Positions 26,567-38,192 of a DNA stretch of 59,488 nt are shown here, piece by piece. The stretch is from Octopus bimaculoides (lineage: Eukaryota): the NCBI RefSeq assembly GCF_001194135.2, contig NC_068982.1, positions 152,876,965 to 152,936,452 on the forward strand. Direction: 5' to 3'. How positions within the stretch are numbered: position 1 is the first letter of the stretch; each line of letters starts with the position of its first letter. A program made the translations under genes and the position numbers. The notes beneath the pieces are model-generated. The model had not been told where the DNA came from. It saw only the letters and a program-made list of their open reading frames with translations, and did not search any database.

Positions 26567-26991
26567 GGTACTTTTTAGTTATCTCACTCCCATTAAAAAA
26601 TGTCATTAAAAATTGGGTTATCTCTCCTACTAAAATATTAAGTTTATGTGGCGACAAGAGATTGAATTAAAAGGGTTATATACTTTTGATTTAGTACTTC
26701 AACATATTGTTGACTTTTGGCCTTCTCTGTAGGCATGGTATGATTTGTAATAAAAATGTTATTAGATTCAAGATGTTTGATTTTTTCAGTTTTCATGTTT
26801 ATTAATTTTTTCAGTTTTGTATGATTTCTTATAAAAAATATTATCAGATTCAATAAGATGTTTAATCGTTTCACTTTTCATATTTATTGATTTTTTCATT
26901 TTTTTTTTGTTTTATTGAAGGTTAAACAATTTTTTTTAGTTGGGGGAGATAACCCAATTTTTTAATGGGGGTAAGATAACCAATAAGTACC
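26567..26991. mobile_element. 425-bp non-autonomous DNA transposon (MITE), Merlin-like, inserted in the PLE
   Basis: Imperfect ~60-bp TIRs with GGTAC...GTACC termini; exact 8-bp TSD CAAAGATT at 26559-26566 and 26992-26999. Confidence 0.8.
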
Positions 26992-28520
26992 CAAAGATTT
27001 AATAAAATGGGCAAATGATGAGTAGAAACTGCATTTACTCGAGAGTATTACATCTGAGAATTTATTAAGTAATGAGTGGTTGTGGTGGCGAAGGTTGGTT
27101 AGCGATTCTCTTAAACACAATTTACAAACGCCGCTGTGTGTGTTGTATAGGGAAGCCTCACTTACGATGGACCAGGGTAGGGTACAGGGAACATTTTGGG
27201 ATTTGAGATTGAGTATATGTTGCTAAAGAGGTAGATAATTTAGAATTTGGATGGGACGAGTTCGCGTGTGCTCGTCAGTGACGCTTGAAATCAACAGTGC
27301 CACCGATATAGACCCTTGCTTGGTGGGAGCATGGTGTTATTACTGGGCGCCTGTATACTACATTTTTACGCAGACAGAAACACCCAAACAGCAGAATTGA
27401 GACACGCGACATTTGCAAGTTCTCCTGCTTGTTCTGCGGTCGGAGTTTATGGTCCGTTATCAGTAAAGAAGAACTGGAGGTATAATCGGTATCGGTGTTG
27501 GATTGGGTGCAGGATATCCCCGCTAATATAAGTAGTCATATGGGTTGTATTGTGGGAAGAAGCCCTGATGTTATTATTGAGTCGGATGAGGTCACTAAAG
27601 GTTCTATTACTACCATTAGGTGGGTTAAAGTGAGGTGCAGTTGGATAGATTGTGGGTTCTAAGGACTGGCGTTGTAGCTTGCGTCTGTTAGAGGAGGCAA
27701 TCATGGATTATAAATTAGGCGTGGTGGAAAAGGAGATTTTAATAGATGATTTATTGAAGATAGAGTATTATTTATGCTGTGGTGGGAAGTTAGAGTGTAA
27801 GATTTTAAAGAAAAGATTGGGCAGAAATTTAACTTGGAAGGAGAAAGGTGGCGTCATCTTTCGCTTCTTGCTTTAGAAGACTTAGAGCGTGTAATTATAG
27901 TAGGTTAGTCTAGATAAGGAGGTTTGTTGTCATTATAGGTTCGAAGTGGCTTGTACGTCTTTCGAGTGCGAAGCGTGGGTTTTTTTCTCTGAAAGTTGAG
28001 GGATTGTCGTTGAGTGGAAGAAAGATTGGTAGATTCGAGGTTAGTAATAGAAAACAGATATGCAATTTTTGCCTTAAGTTTAGTGTTAGGGATGTAAAAG
28101 ATCTTTTCGCGGAAACCACTTGTCTGGACAGCTTGATTTTAACATGGGATATGATTGATAAAAATGTCTTCATTAGCAGATACGTTGGAGATTCCTACAG
28201 AAATGCCTGTGGCTATACTATTAAGAGTATTTTAGGGTGGTTGGATAGGAAGTAGATATACTGTAATGATTGATTGGGTTTATGGAAAGGGTGATATAAA
28301 TTTGTATTTAAGTTTAGAGTAACGTCTAAGAAATTGGCGAATTTAGTGTCGTTTTCGAATGAGGTACTTAAGTTATAATTCTTAAAGAATTTATGGGAGA
28401 GCTTTCTTGGTGTGTTAACTGAAGGTCGAGATAATCCAGTTGCTGCAAGAAGTATATCATCTCTGTAGATACCTCCGAGAGTTTGGGGAAGTGGTGTTTT
28501 ATTTGGGAAAGATATAGGCC

Positions 28521-28732
28521 TACGGCTTGCATACTGAGATGTACTACATCAACCAACATTATAATAGATCTCCGAGCTCTCAGAAACAGTTGTTGGATTC
28601 ATAACACTTTACTTCCTCCCATTTAATTTTTTCTATTGTTTGTACTCTGTGTAAATTGGATCTATTAATATAAACATCTATAATTTTATACTGAAATATT
28701 TATCGTCTGAACGTTTCCAATCTTTGCTTTTT
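28521..28732 (+). repeat. Inverted copy of the PLE 3' segment (inverted pseudo-LTR)
   Basis: Reverse complement aligns colinearly with 25536-25747; both arms 212 bp. Confidence 0.8.
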
Positions 28733-30860
28733 AATCATAAATGTTAAATTTTACTCTTCATTCGCCTGAAGGAAACGGTGTTTTACATGATGTAATGATT
28801 TTATTCATTAATAAAGAACACGTCCGAAACAGCTTTAATGAACCTCAACCCATCTGTTTTATACTTCACTACACTCGAAACCATCCTTGCTTTGGCTATT
28901 GAGCCTATAGTCGACTGTGGAATACGTTCCGGTGTGTACTCGTGTGTGACTTTGCGGACATGTGTATTTGGTCTATACTCCTGAATGTATGCATAACTGG
29001 AGGGACAAATACGTGTGTATTTATGTAAGCAACCGGCTATTACTTAAACGTGCTTTACGGTAATTTGTGTAGAGCAAAATGTGTTTTTAGTAACGGCTTT
29101 GATATTTTCCGGTTTAGAATCGGATTTGCTTTCCACAGTTGACCAAAATTAGCTTTTTTTTTAAAAAAAGAATAAACGTTGACAAATGTGAGCAAAGAAA
29201 AGAAAACTAACCACCTACTCACTATTTAATTCCCTATTTGTCAGGAGTAACAACCAAATTTCACTCAACATTCAGCCTATTAATTTGAAAAGAGTGGCGT
29301 AATGAATAATATATTCCTGGATAAAAATGTCTAAGAGAAGGACAGGGTACTCTGTGTTGAAACGTTTGTAATAAAAGATCTCAATCAGAAATGGAAGACC
29401 TAACGCTAAGCAATATGCATAATAACAGTAACTTCCTCTGTATCACTTTAGCTTAAATAGAAATAATTCCGAATCAAAATGGTGGCATTTATGTATATAA
29501 TTGTATATAACATTATATACTTAGGTTACCTTCCTGACATATTATATATCCGTCAGCTGAGAAGATTGAGTAGATTTGTATGTGATTCCATACATTAATG
29601 CTTGTATTCACGAAATAAAAGCTTCTCTTGAAAGCCAATCATACTTTCATGAATGGGATATTACAAACCGTGAATACAAGACGTTGATATTTCGGAAAAC
29701 GAGATAATTTGATGATACACTGCTGCAATTGGGTAATATTGTCCATGGAAATACTGAAATGACTTTATGTGAAGTTTTTGACTCATAACATTTGATGTGT
29801 ACGGGTCAGAAAATCATTCAACATCTATATAAGATGACTTACCATTCTAAACAACTGTTGAATTCCCAGTGTATCATCAATACAAGACTTGATCGACACA
29901 GTTTCCATAGACGAGTGAAGCCATTGTCCAATTCTGACATATATTTGCTTCACAGTTTTTCATAAGCGATTGTCTGTAAATCTAAAGCAGCGACAGCATC
30001 ATAATTATCCACAACTAGCTTCATATGTCTTTATAAGTATACATGATCGTATTATTATATAAATTCTTTGTCAAAAACACGCCCCGTTCTTTAATGTTAT
30101 TTACGCAACGATACATAACCATATTTAGATGTGTCTGTATCTATATATCCATTAATATATTACAGAATAATCTTTTATAACATATATATGTGAGCGCCAA
30201 GGTCTATGTGTCTGTGTGTGCATTTATGTACGCACATACAATCACACATGCACACATATGCAAATAGCCGGTATAAATGTTGTTGGATTGATTTCTCCAG
30301 TCATACTTTACTTCTCATATAGAGAGGAAGAGAGAGTAAAAGAGAAATATAACGAAAATTAACATAAGAGGTGAAGTTTTAGTGCACGTATTATATATTT
30401 TGGTTGAGTAGTTTATTTTCTCAGCCGTGATTTACATCGTATGAGAAGAGAGAGAAAGAGTTAATGAGAGTATTAACGTAAAAGATGGAGGATGAATGCA
30501 TATACAAGGTTTCGTGGCAAGCAATAAATAAATAAATGCTTTACACAGACCTCAAGAGAGAAAGTTTCCAAAGAGAGTAGAGGAGGAGGAGGAGAAAGAG
30601 TAAATGACACAGACATCATGAATGGTGTTTTACAAATGAAACTTTTGCTTTATTTAATTTTATTTCCAGATAATAAATTATTTTCTTTTGAAAATTAGTA
30701 TTCATTTCATTTCGTAAATATGTATAAGCGCCATATAATTTGATAAAATTTAAATTATAATTATTGTATGTCATATTTCCTGATATAACCCATGGTTATA
30801 TCAAGAAATGATGGGTAACATCTATGTGTGTCTGTGTGTGAGTGCGTGCATGCGCGTGCG

Positions 30861-30967
<107 letters not shown>

Positions 30968-31459
30968 TTGCTGGCATGTTTAATACACTTTGGAACGCAT
31001 AAACATTTTTGAAAATTTACCTTCCGAAACATATTAACATTTTATTAAGAATTTGGATATACTGAAATTAAGAAAAGTGCAAAATTACACACATTAATAT
31101 TTCAGTATTAAATATAGAGCAATGATACTTTTGCAATACTTTCAAATTTGGCCTATGATATAGAAAGTGAGGACTGCTCATAGCAACACTTCACTATGGT
31201 TTCAACATCAAGTGACGTGATATATAATCGTTGGCAACTACCAGTGCTAATGTGGCTATTTTTCAAATATATTTTTCTACATGCTGAATGGATGCATGCA
31301 ATAGCTCACTGAACTCATTAGGTTCAGTCTCTTACTGAACCTATTCGCTAAGTATATATAACTGTTTTATACTTTCAATTTGCAACATTACTATTTGGAT
31401 TTAAGCAGAAACCCTCTGTATATTATACATTGCGTTACATCCTACAGATGACTGCATAT

Positions 31460-31630
31460 GCTAAAAAGGGCGGTAACGGAGCTGGAGCTAATCATTTTGT
31501 GGGAGCAATCAACAATACCAGAACGATGAAGACAAACAAGCAAGCTGATACCTTTACCGCTCACAAAATATTACACTGGTATTACTAAATTGGTGTTAAC
31601 TGGAAGAACAACTAAAAGTGTGGCCTATTA
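31460..31630 (+). mobile_element. Possible LINE RT N-terminal remnant
   Basis: IILWEQSTIPER*RQTSKLIPLP resembles the IW...IP..W...IIP motif of APE-type LINE RTs. Confidence 0.3.
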
Positions 31631-32371
31631 ATTAAAAAAAATATACATTTCTATATCAACATAGATTATAATTATACTAGGAAGAAAAATTTTCAATGGC
31701 CACAAATAAACAAGTTTATAGATATAACTTCAAGATATCACAGTTTTACTGGAAGACTGTGTAAAGCATTTAAAAAATATTTTCCAACGATTACTTGACA
31801 NNNNNNNNNNNNNNNNNNNNNNNNNNNNNNNNNNNNNNNNNNNNNNNNNNNNNNNNNNNNNNNNNNNNNNNNNNNNNNNNNNNNNNNNNNNNNNNNNNNN
31901 NNNNNNNNNNNNNNNNNNNNNNNNNNNNNNNNNNNNNNNNNNNNNNNNNNNNNNNNNNNNNNNNNNNNNNNNNNNNNNNNNNNNNNNNNNNNNNNNNNNN
32001 NNNNNNNNNNNNNNNNNNNNNNNNNNNNNNNNNNNNNNNNNNNNNNNNNNNNNNNNNNNNNNNNNNNNNNNNNNNNNNNNNNNNNNNNNNNNNNNNNNNN
32101 NNNNNNNNNNNNNNNNNNNNNNNNNNNNNNNNNNNNNNNNNNNNNNNNNNNNNNNNNNNNNNNNNNNNNNNNNNNNNNNNNNNNNNNNNNNNNNNNNNNN
32201 NNNNNNNNNNNNNNNNNNNNNNNNNNNNNNNNNNNNNNNNNNNNNNNTGTACGTATGTATGTATGCCTGTATATATACGTATATTTCATTTTCATCTTTA
32301 ACACAGCCAACGCCGGGTACTTTTACTAATATCTCTATGTATGCATATATATATATATGTGTGTGTGTGAG

Positions 32372-32402
<31 letters not shown>

Positions 32403-32414
32403 GTGTGTGTATGC

Positions 32415-32690
32415 ATTATATTAGATGAAAAAAATCAAAACCAAAGCAGAACGAGTATCTCAAGTCATTTAGAATAATTTAACTTCAAATCTTACGGCCG
32501 TTTCTGGAATACCCCAAGAGGTAGGTTAGCCTGTACTTGCACTGGGTATTCCGTCATCAGAGACAAGGTATGAATATTTTTATAGTTTAAAACGAATAAA
32601 ATTCACAGTTTATAAGGAATAAAACAGAAGAATAAAGGAGTAAAATAGAATAAAGAATAAAATTAGTTAGAATAATATAGGCAGGAAAAT
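32415..32690 (-). mobile_element. Short non-coding hammerhead-bearing repeat, copy 1
   Basis: Homologous to 35785-36160 on both sides of the ribozyme (aaaccaargcag, atctcaagtcatytagaata, attcacagtttata, agaagaataaag). Confidence 0.7.
32489..32564 (-). ncRNA. Minimal type I hammerhead ribozyme with intact catalytic core
   Basis: GUCU CUGAUGA c GGAAUACCC-loop-GGGUAUUCC a GAAAC GGCC GUA|AGAU: all invariant core bases, 9-bp stem II, palindromic ACGGCCGU stem III, 4-bp stem I; predicted cut between 32493 and 32492. Confidence 0.75.
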
Positions 32691-33170
32691 AATGTTCACA
32701 ACTCATCTTTTTCCAGAGGATATGAATGTTGGACAGTACTTCCATAAAGGCACAGACTTTTAATTAAAATCCCACAAAAATATATATACCATTGCCAGCA
32801 GAGATATTGCAGTTTTCTTCGAGGTAAAATCCTTCCTTAACGTGCCAGGTTAAAAATTCATTGTATATGTGTGTGAGACGAAAACTTGTCCTGGTAGCAG
32901 ATAGCAAGAGCATCAGAATCATTGCTGGTATTGCATGTAGTTTAATGTCAATATTATTTTTATAAAGATATAAAGAAGCTGTTAATAGTATTTGCATTGT
33001 ATGGCTACTTTCGTATTCAAATCTAGTAATTCTTCAAAGAGATTTTGCAAATACACACACACACACATACACACACACACATACACACACACATACACAC
33101 ACGCATGCACGCACACACACACAAACACTCACACTCTCACACACACACACATATGGATATAAATACATAA

Positions 33171-33203
<33 letters not shown>

Positions 33204-33605
33204 NNNNNNNNNNNNNNNNNNNNNNNNNNNNNNNNNNNNNNNNNNNNNNNNNNNNNNNNNNNNNNNNNNNNNNNNNNNNNNNNNNNNNNNNNNNNNNNNN
33301 NNNNNNNNNNNNNNNNNNNNNNNNNNNNNNNNNNNNNNNNNNNNNNNNNNNNNNNNNNNNNNNNNNNNNNNNNNNNNNNNNNNNNNNNNNNNNNNNNNNN
33401 NNNNNNNNNNNNNNNNNNNNNNNNNNNNNNNNNNNNNNNNNNNNNNNNNNNNNNNNNNNNNNNNNNNNNNNNNNNNNNNNNNNNNNNNNNNNNNNNNNNN
33501 NNNNNNNNNNNNNNNNNNNNNNNNNNNNNNNNNNNNNNNNNNNNNNNNNNNNNNNNNNNNNNNNNNNNNNNNNNNNNNNNNNNNNNNNNNNNNNNNNNNN
33601 NNNNN

Positions 33606-33636
<31 letters not shown>

Positions 33637-34207
33637 TTGCTTTTGTCGCTAGAGTTCTAGCAGGAAACTATTCAAATTCCACTCGTTTATATAGCCACGT
33701 AGTTAACATAAAATAACACCGAATTATTTCATAAACAATACAGAAATGATTAAAAATTGGCACAGTGCATTATATTTATTGTACTTACATTCTGTGTTCA
33801 TATAACTCTATTGATCACGCTCGTAAAGTATTCATTATGTTGCTCATATTCAGTATTTTAAATATTACATCCAAATTTCTTACGCTTTTATGTAAGGCAT
33901 TTCAACTCGTTTTAAGAGCTGTAAGTTATTTGCCTTATATTATCCAGGAGGCTTTATAAATGTAAATATTTCTAAAAATTTACTTTTTGCGTGCGCACAC
34001 ACACACTCTCACATATATATATATAAGTCCCGGAAACAATACATTTCAATATGTATTGTACCTCGTTTCCGTAACTGATTTTCAGTAGTTGCCTTGTTTA
34101 AATAATACTTTGTTATATCATCATCTTGATTTTACTTAAGTAAAATGGACCCTTAAGAAACATAAGACTGTATACACATGTATTCATCTTTGAGAAATTA
34201 TATACAT

Positions 34208-34890
34208 AGGCACGTGGTAATTGGATATGCAAGCATAATATACTATGAAGTATATTAAATGTTTTTATGAGTCAACACCACATTCTACTGCGTTAGTAGT
34301 CCTGTTTACATTATTTTGTTAAGCTTATTTCTATAGAAATATTTTTGCTACAACGTTTCGTATCGAAATGTCAGAGGTAAACAAATGAGATCAGAGACGA
34401 AAATTGGTAATGAGTTATATGCCATATTTCGTGGGGTGGGGGTTGCCCCTTCATCAGCACCCATCTAACTCATTCTTGCCTCCGTACACATTGCTTATAT
34501 AGCCACCGCATGCAGCGGTGTTAAGACATTGAATATACCAATTTACATATTAAAAGCATCCCTGGGGCTGGTATGTAAAACGTAACGACTTGTAAGCATG
34601 TGGTAATTCGTTATGCAAGCATAATGTACTATAAAGTATATTAAATGTTTTTATAAGTCAACACCACGTTCTACTGCGTTAGCAGTGCTCTGTACATTAT
34701 TTTGTTTACATTATTTTGTTTAATATGTAAATTGGTATAGCCAATAACTTAACACCGATGTATGCAGTGGCTGTATAAGCAATATTTTCGGAGGTAAGAG
34801 TGAGTTAGATGGGTGCTGATGAAGGGACAAAATATTTGCATACGAGTCCTAGGAATGCGTTTAATATGTAAATTGGTATATCAAATAACT
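34208..34890. repeat. Mosaic of direct and inverted modules with hammerhead-like cores
   Basis: Module A direct copies 34208-34320 and 34594-34720; module B inverted 34447-34552 and forward 34721-34830, restarting at 34862. Confidence 0.8.
34410..34465 (-). ncRNA. Hammerhead-like motif
   Basis: gggug CUGAUGA a GGGG...CCCC ac GAAA u auggc AUA uaacuc; core present, stem I needs a bulge. Confidence 0.4.
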
Positions 34891-35784
34891 GGCTATAATC
34901 TCTGCAGTTATAATCTTAATAAAATTATATATATATATAAATATATANNNNNNNNNNNNNNNNNNNNNNNNNNNNNNNNNNNNNNNNNNNNNNNNNNNNN
35001 NNNNNNNNNNNNNNNNNNNNNNNNNNNNNNNNNNNNNNNNNNNNNNNNNNNNNNNNNNNNNNTATATATATATATATATATCAACAAATGTATATATATA
35101 GTGAGAGATAAAAATCATATGATAAACACAGTATAGAAATAAGAATTACGAATAATTTCTTGCCGTGAAAACACATAGATAGCTGGGTAGGTTTTTATAA
35201 TGTCCCTTGTGTTTCCAAGCAATCTTAAGGCTTGGACCACATGAACTGTTCTATTTGAAAATCAGAACGCTGGTGCATGAGAAAACACGAAAATAGAAAC
35301 GCGAAAGAAAGAGGAAATTCATGAAAAAGTTGGAAGGGTGATTAAAAATGGAGAAAAAGGAAAGAGAGAAAACTTGAGTTACATCTCCTTTGGCTGTACA
35401 AGCAATAATTGAACTAGTTGTTGTAGAATGCAACGGAGAGAAGTCTAAAGTCTACTAGACAGCTGCTCAATTTGGAGAGGTTTTCGCTAACAAACAGTCG
35501 TCCAATATGCTTGCTGAAAATTTTGGACCTCGAAAGTAATGCGGTGGAATCCTTAGATCTAAAACAAATGGCTGATCACATGAGTTGCATTTCTTAGCTA
35601 CATTTACATATGGTATGGATTTCTCTGCAGTTCTGCATTTGATTGTATGTGGCGTGTAGTTGATCTTCAAACTCCGTATGTGGATAGCCAACTTAGTGGC
35701 TTTACCTTTGTCGATGTGTCGGAAAGAATACTTGTGGTTTGCATAAGATCTTTTGAAGTCACCTTCGTACTAATTCTTATATAT

Positions 35785-36160
35785 ATATTAGAAGAAAAAG
35801 GACAGCAAAAACCAAGGCAGGAGGAATATCTCAAGTCTTCTAGAATATCTCAAGTCATCTAGAATATTTAATTAGAATAAGGTGAATTTCAAGTTATTAA
35901 TTAATTAATTAATTTTTGGATGTCTTACAGCCGTTTCTGGGATATCCCAAATGGTAGGGTAGCATCTCTATACACTGGGCATTCCGGTATCCGAGAGAAG
36001 GTGAGTATGTATGAAAGTTCTAGAGAGAGCATTCACAGTTTATAAAGGAATAAAATTGTAGATAGAAGAATAAAGAATAAAACAGTAGATAGAGATCTTG
36101 TAGTACTTATCTCCGATCGCATGTACATAGAAATAATAAATTAGGTTAATATAGAATGAA
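35785..36160 (-). mobile_element. Short hammerhead-bearing repeat, copy 2, core mutated
   Basis: CGGATAC replaces CTGATGA; stem II ggaatgccc/gggatatcc and GAAAC ggct GTA aga retained; 19-bp tandem duplication near 35824-35862. Confidence 0.7.
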
Positions 36161-36217
36161 GTCGAAGTGGATCATTTTTTTATTATTTATTAAAACTCAT
36201 CTATAAATAATGATTTC

Positions 36218-36440
36218 AAATTTTGTCACAAGGCCAACAAGTTCAGGGAGGGGCTCTGAAATGGAACTTACTGTGCTCAAAAGGAACTTTCTGTGCTTAA
36301 ATGAAACTTATTTTATCGTCCCCGAAAGGATGAAGGGCAAATTCAACCCCGGTGGCATGCGGACTCATAACGTGATGACGGGCGAAATGCCGCTAAGCAT
36401 TTAGCCCAGCGCGATAACAATTCTACCAGTTCGTCGCCTT
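36218..36440 (-). mobile_element. SINE family A, near full length
   Basis: tttatcgtccccgaaaggatgaagggcaaa core; reverse-complement head aaggcgacgaactggtagaattgtt. Confidence 0.75.
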
Positions 36441-36904
36441 AACTCACATGTAAATAACTGGATGTAATATTTGCTTAAGAAGATAGCTTCTTAAGCAAAT
36501 ATGTGCTTAAGAAGATAGCTTTGCAACCACGCTGGTCTATAGTCTTTTGTATATATGTACGCATTTGTATACGTATATCGTTTACTGTTATTCATAAAAA
36601 ATAAATTAAAAAATTTGAATATGCATTATTTTTTTTCGAATAAAATACTTTCCGATCGCTCAGTACTAAGTTATAAAACTTTTCCTGCAAGTTCTGCCCC
36701 CTGAAATACGGCAGTCAAATGATTTATATGATTGAATCTTCTAACGATGTTCAATAGCAGTTGTATTAAATACAAAATAATAAACATATCGCATCTCATG
36801 CGTCTTATTTTGGGAAGTGAGCAGTCAACTTTCTGTAAGGTGAGTGCAACTCGATTCCGGTTAAGCTAACAACTATTTTAACTTCATTGTTTTAAGTCAT
36901 AAAT

Positions 36905-37145
36905 ACAGGGGCTGTTGTGTTTAAGAAGTTATTTTCAAGTTCATGTTTTGGGGTTCGATCACGCAGCAGAACATTTTAACCCAGTTTTTTCAGGCAAAGC
37001 TCCGAGCCGATTGAAATCCTGAGCGTGAATAGACGTAATCAGTTTCAAAGAAATGGCGAACTATTACTCATCCATGATGCCCTTGGCTGCTTTTTAGCGG
37101 CATCTTGCCTGTCATAATCGTTTGGGTTAGGTCACCGGTCTCAGA
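36905..37145 (+). mobile_element. Degenerate tRNA-head SINE
   Basis: gtgtttaagaagtt ... ggggttcgatc B-box, agctccgagccga. Confidence 0.35.
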
Positions 37146-38080
37146 ATAATTTCTAACAGTTAAACAATTCGAACGTCTTTTGGGCACAGAAGGAAAATAA
37201 GCAGAGGAGGAAATTTCCTATATAACATTTATGTGTCTTTACAGTTTATATGTTCAACACATTTGTTTTGTTATCGATGCTAAATCGTTGTTTGAATCAT
37301 TGTCAATGAATTGCTCAGAAGAAACACACTTGGATACGAAAAAAAATCGGCCCTTCATTTTAGTCAAAATGATAACTGCTTTCATTAGCTACATATCTGG
37401 CTTGAAGAAGCAGGGATAGGATCAAAGTCTGTATTGTACAACGTATCAATCTTTCCAGACATTACGTTGCATTTGACTGTATTTGCTGGGTATTTCTAGA
37501 GAGCCTGCTAAACACAGAGATAATTTGTTGGTTCGTGATGTTCGTGTTAGTATAGAAGAGGGAGAAGAAACAACGAAAGTGAGTGAGATGAGGTGGAATG
37601 AGTTTTGGTTGGAGCAGAGAGCGTTATATAGTGACACACGCAGAACATTGAAAATGAACAGTGATATCCATCACAAACGACAATTTTTGATCATGTCAGC
37701 CATGATTAAAGTATTAGCAAAATTTGATCACGACAAAATATTAGCTACACTTTGTCATGATCAAATTTGAAACAATGTAAATACCAATAAAGTACATGCA
37801 TTAGACATTAGAACTTACTGACTGGCTCCGGTAAATTAATTGTTGATTGTGTTAATAGGAAAAGAGTTACATGAAAGAATAATGTAATTAAAGAAGCAGC
37901 GTCATCTTGACAAATATTTTAAGACAAAGCTGAAATAACGTGTCTTCTCAAACTGTGCTAATTTCCTAATTTTCAACATTTATAGTAGCATATTAAAACT
38001 CCAAATATCTGCTATGCTTTCCTCTTTCCACTTTACTACATCAACCGTTACTCTTATCACCCCCACCCACCACCATTACC

Positions 38081-38111
<31 letters not shown>

Positions 38112-38192
38112 CTTCTTCTTCTTCTTCTTCTTCTTCTTCTTCTTCTTCTTCTTCTTCTTCTTCTTCTTCTTCTTCTTCTTCTTCTTCTTCTT
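38081..38192. repeat. (CTT)n microsatellite
   Basis: Direct reading. Confidence 0.97.

Larger units (their letters stand above)
25491..28520 (-). mobile_element. Penelope-like element (RT plus GIY-YIG endonuclease), 5'-truncated and decayed, with long C-rich 3' region
   Basis: Minus frames: GGIYRDDILL, FANFLDVTLNL, YHPFHKPN, YFLSNHPK, SANEDIF, NFPPQHK*YSIFNKSSIKISFSTTPNL, TCKCR, NVVY...VYIGGTVDFKRH, WSIV, CKLCLRE, LLNK; multiple stops and frameshifts. Confidence 0.9.

Noticed and set aside
29843-29973. Minus-strand exon with perfect ATG|GTAAGT donor
   Set aside because: All three frames contain stops from the best acceptor
37450-37770. 95-aa ORF with faint RTE C-terminal resemblance (LLGIS...MRW)
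   Set aside because: Similarity too weak to list as a feature
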